A stretch of DNA of 63,985 bases, counting the filler, from Trichomonas gallinae (taxonomy: Eukaryota), in the NCBI GenBank assembly GCA_008369845.1. It is 7 parts of 7 records of this genome, joined end to end, with 100 filler letters (N's around TTAATTAATTAA, not from the genome) between each part and the next. Parts side by side here need not be neighbours in the genome. Positions count along the whole stretch, not along the records: positions 56,069 to 58,424 come from MRSU01000968.1; positions 58,525 to 62,781 come from MRSU01000969.1; positions 62,882 to 63,985 come from MRSU01001065.1; 4 more parts are not named here. The stretch is one strand, 5' to 3'. The first letter of the stretch is position 1. Each line of letters starts with the position of its first letter. The notes beneath the pieces are model-generated. The model did no database searches, had not been told where the DNA came from, and saw nothing but the letters and a program-made list of their open reading frames with translations. The translations under genes were made by a program, and so were the position numbers. Below, in pieces: positions 56,474 through 63,985 of the stretch.

Positions 56474-56578
56474 TCATATTTTTGTTTGTAATATTTTATT
56501 TTGTTTATTTTTTTATTAAAATACATATATTGTTAGAGTATTTACGTTATTCTTTTTAGTTTTTGTAAATCACTTTTT

Positions 56579-57907
56579 TTGGAGTATAAGAACGAATCTG
56601 ATTCATCAAATCCTGATCAACCAAAATTGACTGGACAAATTGATGAATTTGGCAATATCTCCATACAAAAGTTACGTTTTGCGTTTGCATCAGTCGCGAT
56701 TTCCATTGAAAAATCGAATGATATCGAATTTTTTGTTCAAGGATTAAATTTCATCCATAATTCACTACTCAATCTACCAAAAAAGGACTTCTTTCAGAAA
56801 TTACGACCAGATTTCATACAAATATTGATTCAGTCATTAAATACAGAAATTTTCTCGCCATTCAACAGCTTAATTCTAAATTTACTCGCTGATTTAATAA
56901 ATATATGTGATAATATAGAAGAATACGTCGAAGTAAATCAGCTAATCGAAATATTTTTGAATTTGATAATATCACCAAATCTTAATGCATCAATAGCCGC
57001 AATACAACTCGGAGAAGCACTTTTGACGAGATTTCATATCAAATTAGACTACGAAAACATATTTAATATCTTTATCGAAAGATATTCAACAAGTTTAGAG
57101 TTTGTTCAAGCGATTAATCGATTTTTAATTACATCTTTAGCCTCAAATTTAGATCAAAACATAACAGAAAGCATATTTATGTTAATCACAAAATTTGAAA
57201 TATCAATAACTGATGTAAATACGTTTCGAATTTTGCTCAAAATCTTCGAAATACATCAACCATTGATACAGATTTATAAAGAATCACCTCATTTCAAATC
57301 TTTAATAAAGAAAATCAACGAAATTAACGCAACAACTTATCCAAACTATCTCAAGCATCTTACCAGACTAATATCAATGATATTGGCTAATGATGTCGAT
57401 ACAGTTCACAGTATTAATATCGAAATAATATTTCAATTATTCGAATCAGCAGAATCAAATATGTATTTCAAAGAGCTAATAGATCTACTTGTAATATTCA
57501 TTCATACAGGCTCAGAACAGATTATTCATTTGATAGTAGATAATGTTATCGATATTGCTTTGGACGAGTATAAATGTGGCCCGTTCAGTACATCTGTGCC
57601 AATTGTAACGTTAATATCCGAGCTATTCAATACTAATTCCGAATTGATTTTTAATATCTTGATTGAGAATGAATTCTTTACATTCAATAGACTATCATCT
57701 CAAAATATAGATGGATCTGTATTATATCTATCATTAATCTCGAGAATATTAGATTTTTCTTTATCGAATCCTAATTATTTTGATTCGCTATCCAACCAGC
57801 TACAAAATAGTAGCTTTGTAGACGACTTGGATGATCTTGTTGACGAAAATTCTGAAATATTTTCCATCATATCTGATGAAATTCTTGCAAAGCTAAATCA
57901 TGAATAA
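56579..57907 (+). CDS. Alpha-helical ARM/HEAT-like hypothetical protein lacking an ATG start
   Basis: 442-codon open frame of amphipathic helices. Begins at TTG immediately after TCACT plus a T-run. Confidence 0.75.
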   Translation: MEYKNESDSSNPDQPKLTGQIDEFGNISIQKLRFAFASVAISIEKSNDIEFFVQGLNFIHNSLLNLPKKDFFQKLRPDFIQILIQSLNTEIFSPFNSLILNLLADLINICDNIEEYVEVNQLIEIFLNLIISPNLNASIAAIQLGEALLTRFHIKLDYENIFNIFIERYSTSLEFVQAINRFLITSLASNLDQNITESIFMLITKFEISITDVNTFRILLKIFEIHQPLIQIYKESPHFKSLIKKINEINATTYPNYLKHLTRLISMILANDVDTVHSINIEIIFQLFESAESNMYFKELIDLLVIFIHTGSEQIIHLIVDNVIDIALDEYKCGPFSTSVPIVTLISELFNTNSELIFNILIENEFFTFNRLSSQNIDGSVLYLSLISRILDFSLSNPNYFDSLSNQLQNSSFVDDLDDLVDENSEIFSIISDEILAKLNHE

Positions 57908-58280
57908 ACATCTTCCAACTACACCTACTTATGAATCTTTTTGCCAATTATTTTAAGTTCTTTTTGATATTTTTAGAATGTACATCCACACTTTTCCCAA
58001 ATTCAATGGGATTTAAAAATCCATCCCATCCATATCCCAAGTGTCATTTTGTAACTTTGTCTTGTCTTAATATCATTTTGCAAGATTTTTGATATTTTGT
58101 TTCATAAAGAGGAATGGTAAACTTTAAAGTTTTGGTGTGTTTCTATTTGTATTTTGCAGCGAATATCTATGAGTCTTGCATTTTAGAAGAACATGCATTA
58201 GAGTTATAATATGTACTTAAAAGTATTGCTAATTAGCAAGCAATTGGTCACCGGAACAGCTGTGATGTTAATTCAATTAA

Positions 58281-58424
58281 TTATAATTCGCATGTTTCCC
58301 AGTAACCAGGAACAACCTTTTTAAGCTTGAGCTCGATAGAAGAGTCGTTTAAAACGTAAGTTGAACTTTCAGGAACAATTTCTTTCGGTAAATTGACATG
58401 TACAGAGATTGGGCGCTGTCTATT
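58281..58424 (-). CDS. C-terminus of a CS (p23/HSP20-like) domain protein, 5' part lost in gap
   Basis: Not in ORF track. Reads NRQRPISVHVNLPKEIVPESSTYVLNDSSIELKLKKVVPGYWETCEL*, matching the CS consensus L..EI.PE.S......IE.KLKK....W. Confidence 0.8.
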   Translation of the reverse strand, partial: NRQRPISVHVNLPKEIVPESSTYVLNDSSIELKLKKVVPGYWETCEL

Positions 58425-58524
58425 NNNNNNNNNNNNNNNNNNNNNNNNNNNNNNNNNNNNNNNNNNNNTTAATTAATTAANNNNNNNNNNNNNNNNNNNN
58501 NNNNNNNNNNNNNNNNNNNNNNNN
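58425..58524. other. Assembly spacer
   Basis: N44-TTAATTAATTAA-N44. Confidence 0.99.
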
Positions 58525-58545
58525 TATCATGACATTCTGCTGAAG

Positions 58546-60636
58546 ACAAGTGGCATTCGCTCTTACCTGTTTCTAAAAAAAATGGAATCTAAATTAAATG
58601 TCACATTTTAAAATTGAGACCCCACCTCTGTTTTAGTTCTGTCACTTTTTGAATACTTTACGTGTCAAATCTGACATGTAACCTGTCACTTTTTCGTTCC
58701 GCATTTCGGTACAGGACACCACATTCTACAATATAAGGAAAAGCATTTTAATATGTGATCTGGCTCCGAAAAGGGCCAAAACACCTAGCCATACTACTTT
58801 TCTCACATGCTTAACAAATGTATATCCTACTCTTGGATTTTTCTTTTAAAATTCCGACTCTAAGTCCCTTCTTTGCTTTCAAACCACTACGACATGAGGC
58901 AGCAATTTATCTTATTATTGTTGAAATCTTTTTTATTACTTAAATCCTTATATTTTCACTTATATTTAAATACCAGATTTTCCTGATCCTGTTCCCCCAT
59001 GTCAGCCAAACGAAACCATTGATTGACTCGACTATCTCAGGTTCATGAACCTCGAAATGCATGGAAAATCTAAGTTTCCCAAAGAATCACGAAATGCAGA
59101 CAACAAAACAATCATTAATGCAAAATGTTCATATGACAGCTGCAACGCTCACGCTATATTCATTAAATCCGGAATGTTTTATCAATTTATTGAAGTTATT
59201 GCAAATTATTATCACACAAAGGACACAAAGCCGCAATATGTTAAGACACCCACATCCATCTTTCTCAGAGAGTACATAAAACACTTTTTTGAGAATGGTG
59301 GTATGCCCAACGATGCACTTAGGGTGGCGTTCACGGATCTCTTGATTCCCATCCAAAATCAATACCCTTTCTTCAGATACCAAATCAAATCGTTATCCAA
59401 CTACAAAAACTCTATCAAATCTAAAGTTATTATGTATCCGCAATTTACCCAAAATAAATATACAAACACAACAACAATCATTAACAAATATTTAGAAACG
59501 CAGCATAGTGATTTTATATATTTTCAAGTCGATGATATTACAAATCCAAATCAAGTCGTATTTTATTTTTCCGATAACAACATCAAAGATTTGCTTTATA
59601 AAACTCCACAACTCTATTTCTTCGACAGCACATATGACATACTTGATGATGATTTGGCTTTGTATGTATTAAGCATTAAATACGAAATATGTCAATCACT
59701 TCCTATATTGCGGTGTATAATTTATCATGATAATTCGCAAAATATCTCAGAATGCCTGTTGAAGTTCTTCACATGGCTCGAAATCGAGCCTGGAGCATTT
59801 ATGACTGACTGTGCACGTCAAATTTCAAAAGCTCTCTCAAACACATTTCCACAAGCAACACATATATGGTGTGCACTACACATCATGAGAGCCAATTTAT
59901 ATCGCATATCAGATGAAAATATTCGTAACAAAGTAGATAAATATATGAATATTCTGGCATATAAGTGTGGTCTTCCGATTGATGATGCAAATCATTTCTT
60001 AGAAAAAATCATTAATAAAACACAAGCATATCCTGATTTCGCGCAATATTTCAGGAAGCAATGGACAAAAAATGTCACTAAATGGATAGCAGCTAATTAC
60101 GGAGATAGTGCTTCACTCATCAACAATGTGAGTGAAGCCTTAATGAAAAAGATAAAATACTATGATTATACAGGATTTAAACATTTACACATTGACAAAT
60201 TTTATCAAAAGTTAAGACGAACTACTATCTTCAAGTACAAAATGATTTAACTCATAAACAAATTGTTTTACAATTTCGCAACTATCGCTTGCATCCACCT
60301 ACACATGGTGAGATAAACAAGCGCCAGGCAATGAGCTCCACATTACAAATCATGAAGCATATTGAAATGCAAGATACGATATCTGATTCAATTGTTACTG
60401 AAATGGAAAAATTGTTAAATAATTTAAAGACAGTTCAAAATTTAAGAGCAAGATCAATAGAAATTTTCTGTACCGAAATGCGGTACGAAAAAGTGACTAG
60501 CTTACATGTCAGATTTGACACGTAAAGTGTCCAAAAGTGACAGAACTAAAACAGGGGCGGGTTTCAATTTTAAAAGGTGACATTTAATGATGATTTCATC
60601 TTTTTTTAGAAACTGGTAAGAGCGAATACCACTTGT
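58546..60636 (+). mobile_element. Mutator-like (MULE) DNA transposon with about 169-bp TIRs
   Basis: Left TIR 58546-58714 is the imperfect reverse complement of right TIR 60468-60636, and a transposase lies between. No TSD is visible; weak similarity may continue toward the gap. Confidence 0.92.
59045..60250 (+). CDS. MULE transposase
   Basis: DDE core: FFDSTY, FMTDCARQI, WCALH (CxxH), NNVSEAL. N-terminal CSYDSCNA...H zinc-binding motif. C-terminus may be frameshifted into 60289-60525. Confidence 0.9.
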   Translation: MNLEMHGKSKFPKESRNADNKTIINAKCSYDSCNAHAIFIKSGMFYQFIEVIANYYHTKDTKPQYVKTPTSIFLREYIKHFFENGGMPNDALRVAFTDLLIPIQNQYPFFRYQIKSLSNYKNSIKSKVIMYPQFTQNKYTNTTTIINKYLETQHSDFIYFQVDDITNPNQVVFYFSDNNIKDLLYKTPQLYFFDSTYDILDDDLALYVLSIKYEICQSLPILRCIIYHDNSQNISECLLKFFTWLEIEPGAFMTDCARQISKALSNTFPQATHIWCALHIMRANLYRISDENIRNKVDKYMNILAYKCGLPIDDANHFLEKIINKTQAYPDFAQYFRKQWTKNVTKWIAANYGDSASLINNVSEALMKKIKYYDYTGFKHLHIDKFYQKLRRTTIFKYKMI

Positions 60637-61540
60637 ATTAAAAAGTATGATATGCCACAAAGAAACATATTTTTAATACACATATGTAAATATGAATAAC
60701 TTCACAAATCAACACATGTCTATATGCTTGTTTTGAAAATTATTATCAAATCTCATACTTAACAACAACTCTGATATAAAATAGATGCATATCATATGAG
60801 CTTCAACATATTAGTATTTGGGTGTTCAAACTCATACATATGTTAATCAGTTTAAGTCATTTTCTTATTTTTCTGCTTTTGAACCATGAATCAGATGACA
60901 CATAACCATGTATATATATCGCCAAGTTTGAGGCTTTAGAAGCTTATATTCGTAGACTTTACCGAAGCATGAAATTTTCGAAATGCACATATGTGATACC
61001 CTCAGCGGAGCCTCGTATCATAATGTTTGCATCTACTTATGATGCTGATAATTGCAGTGCGTTTATTTTTTCTCAACATTATGCTTTTCTCAGTAGAGTT
61101 GAAAAAATCACCTTTTTTGTGCATGGGTAGGGGGTCATGCACTTTTTTTGTATTAATGGAAATACAGGGTATATTGTTAAACAAATTTAAAAATGCAATA
61201 TTCCAGTGTTTGAATAGTTAAAACAAATGAGAATTTATGTAGGAATTAATTCCAAAGCAATTTGAAGAAATTACGGAAGATATAACAATAAAACAAATTA
61301 AACTTAATATTCCCCTGGAAGATGATTGCAATGAACCAAATGGTATCGCATTTTTGAATCAACTTAGTCAAGAAATTCAAAAACGACGTCCACAGGACGA
61401 CAAAACTACAGTTGATATTGAAACAATTAACAAACTCGAGAAATTTATTATACATCCTTACAATTCCTTATACGAAGCAACATTTATTATATTATTTTAT
61501 TTTTGCAAAAAATTATATAATATATTATGAAAATATTTTC

Positions 61541-62758
61541 ATGACTTATAATCAAAATCATAAGATGTTATCATGTAGCTGTGGTGCACAAATCAAAATT
61601 ATACAGAACGAGAATGGTGTTGTTCCAATAATAATAAAAAGCCATATTAATTGCACGAAAAATATACGTGTTCCAACAATTGTTAGGAATGAAATATTAA
61701 TACAAATGATTTCAATTTTCAGACAATTCTACAAATTTACGACGAGCAATATCTGAATCGACTTTATCCAAACGATATAAATCACTTTTTGGTTATACAT
61801 ATGAAAAAGACTACAAGATTTCAAAAGATAAATTTCTCTTCATAATGAAATTCAAAATACGTCAGGATTTTCAAGTGTCAAACTTACTAATGGAAAAATT
61901 TACGACGAGCAATACCAGATTCTTGATTCAAATACCGAAATCAAAATTCATTCTTTTGTAATGATACCTCCTTGTGCAGTAGATTTCATTAAATCACCAT
62001 TATTTAATGGATTTTTCATGCTTGATGGCAAATACATAGAATCAATTTGTGGAGGTAAAATTGGCATTATATCTTCACAATTACCAACTCACAGAGCAAT
62101 TCCTTTAGTTTTTGGTCGATTTCAGAAAATAAGCAATTTATTACTCAAAAATTTATTACATAATGACAGATGAAGGAGGATCTATTCAAGCTGCTATTAA
62201 CGAGTTAAATTTAAAAGATAAGCAATTATTTTGTTATTTTCATCTTTTTAAGAAAGTTTTATTGCTGCAATTCAGAAATATTGCTAAAGCAATCTTCGAA
62301 AGCGATAACAATAAAGAATATGAAGATACAATTAAAAAGATTACGAAGATTATTCATCAGAAAAATCAAAAGAATCATTCAAAAACACAATAAAGATCTT
62401 AAAAGATCAAAACCCATTCAAAAGACCAAAATTTGATTGTGGTATGGTAGCGACATCTGTCCACGAAAGTTTGAACGGCAAACTTACCAAAAAAGGATTA
62501 CTCGCTGATGTATTTTTAGCACTGGAAAACTTATCAGATTTGTCATACAAATTAATTTCGGACTATTTAACTCAAGCCATCAATTTTAACCCAATTAAAA
62601 GTATATTGAAGATGCTTCAAAAACAATCATTAGGTTGCAGAGTTAAACCAGTTTTAGATACTTTCTACAGAGTTATTTATAAAAATAACGAACAAACTTG
62701 GGGTACGAAAAAAGCCGAAATAAAAGTCGGCTTTTTTCGTCACAGCAATGTGTGTTGA
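61541..62758 (+). pseudogene. Fragmented second MULE-family transposase
   Basis: Collinear pieces in different frames: CSCGAQIKI...HINC; FMLDGKY...AIPLVFG; MTDEGGSIQAAI...FCYFH; TSVHESLNGKL. Confidence 0.85.
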
Positions 62759-62781
62759 GTTTCAAGCCAATCGGTGATTAG

Positions 62782-62881
62782 NNNNNNNNNNNNNNNNNNN
62801 NNNNNNNNNNNNNNNNNNNNNNNNNTTAATTAATTAANNNNNNNNNNNNNNNNNNNNNNNNNNNNNNNNNNNNNNNNNNNN
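62782..62881. other. Assembly spacer
   Basis: N44-TTAATTAATTAA-N44. Confidence 0.99.
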
Positions 62882-63874
62882 TAACAAGCTGAAGGCTCAC
62901 GTTAACTTTGTCATCGTACAAACTCTGGAAGTCTGCATCGGATTGGCCAGCATTTTGTTACTCAACATGTTTAGCGACGATTTCTTCCAATTGCATCTGG
63001 AGTGTTTCCTTGAGGGCTATTTCGTCTACAAGGAAGAGTGTTGATTTCTTGTTGAAGCTCCTCGAGATATGGACTCTCTGTGTTCGTTGGAACTGACTGT
63101 AATACGACTTTTTCGAATGTCATGGTTTGACTTGTTGTCATCGTTGTTCTTAGATGCATTTATAGTATGATATGAAATATCAGATGATTTATTATGCTTT
63201 GTTGGTGAGACTGTAACTTTCTCTGGATTAGAATCGGTGGCATCATCCGTTTCGGATTTTGGTAGGTAAATATCTTGTGATGGAGAGAATTAGTTTTCGT
63301 CTGTCTTATTGACTATGAAAATGTAGATAGGAGATTCAATGTAGTATGAAGCGCCCTTATTGAGTTCCGAGTATGCATTAACAACATCTACAATTGTTTA
63401 GAATCGCTTATCTGAAACGTTTGTCGTCAGCAATTTGTTGATGATGCGTGAAGTAAGATCTGGAACAATTTATGGTGATAAATGGAGCTGATGAATGCAA
63501 ATTGGATTAACTTTTAAATCATTCGAGGGAAGAGATTTAATATTGATGACATATGTGACTGTATTCAAGAGCAAACTAACTGTTGTTGTATCTGATCTAA
63601 TATTTGTGCTAATGCGGTCGATTTTTTTAAAATTCAATTTGAAGCGTTTATAATCAAGCCTTAATCTTTGGCTAATTCACGTTTCTTGATAAGGTAAATG
63701 ATTTTCTAAAGAATAGAACGAATATCTTCTGGATTTACGAATGAGTCAATATTTTCCATCAAAGAAACGAAAACTTCAAGTAAGGATTCTAAGTGTCGAT
63801 CCTTATCATTTGTGATATCACTTAGAAGAACTGGTAAAATGCTTTCAATAAGTGTTTCGCGTGGCAATCAACAT
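62882..63874 (-). pseudogene. Decayed reading frame of unknown family
   Basis: ATG at 63874 preceded by CCCTTTTT. Long protein-like stretches (LPRETLIESILPVLLSD...; LDYKRFKLNF...; YLEELQQEINTL/LVDEIALKETLQMQLEE) broken by isolated stops and frameshifts. Confidence 0.65.
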
Positions 63875-63941
63875 GCCGAAAAAGGGTGTCAGAAAGGTGA
63901 GAACTTATTTAGGGTGCCTTAGTTTAATAACCCTGCAATAA

Positions 63942-63980
63942 AGGGTAAACGAGGGTAAAACTAAGGGTAAAAAGGGTAAA
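63942..63980 (+). repeat. Four AGGGTAAA units
   Basis: Starts at 63942, 63952, 63964 and 63973; irregular spacing. Confidence 0.8.
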
Positions 63981-63985
63981 AAAAA

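Noticed and set aside
58398..58420. TACAGAGA resembling the U6 snRNA ACAGAGA box
   Set aside because: Flanking U6 sequence is absent, and the segment is the antisense of a CS-domain coding region.
62882..63874. In-frame TAA/TAG stops suggesting a TAR=Gln genetic code
   Set aside because: The frame also needs several frameshifts, and intact genes in the window end in TAA/TAG; ordinary pseudogene decay explains it.
63942..63985. Telomere-like G-rich repeat at the window end
   Set aside because: Only four irregularly spaced units, not a homogeneous tandem array; the window edge need not be a chromosome end.

Overview
AT-rich, intron-poor eukaryotic DNA, most likely from a trichomonad (Parabasalia, Trichomonas-like). 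This is inferred from TCAYT initiator elements just upstream of ATGs, C-ending codon bias in the histone and phospholipase B genes, and the gene content (7TM-RGS, Bap-like and beta-helix surface families, MULE transposons). The window is seven contigs joined by six artificial 100-nt spacers (N44-TTAATTAATTAA-N44), so synteny across spacers is unproven. There are about 30 genes: a head-to-head pair of ABCB half-transporters (one internally deleted), Vps33-like, a divergent H2B/H2A pair, tRNA-Glu(CTC), an AAAP amino acid transporter, an atypical E2F, a mucolipin-like channel, phospholipase B, SAS-6, GT61, NXF1/Mex67-like, 7TM-RGS, bromodomain proteins, POP4 and a PDI-like protein. Also present are a TIR-bounded Mutator element, a second decayed MULE and several pseudogenes. 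The most unusual observations are: (1) a palindrome/hairpin array at 38.0-38.35 kb, including a perfect 34-bp stem capped by GCGAAGC; (2) a compact MED15-like protein; (3) a duplicated branched element with compensatory base changes at 44.4 kb; (4) a decayed bacterial-type ClC-TrkA_C gene; (5) a >1,900-aa disordered protein with about 13 spaced amphipathic motifs. All family calls are by eye, without database searches.
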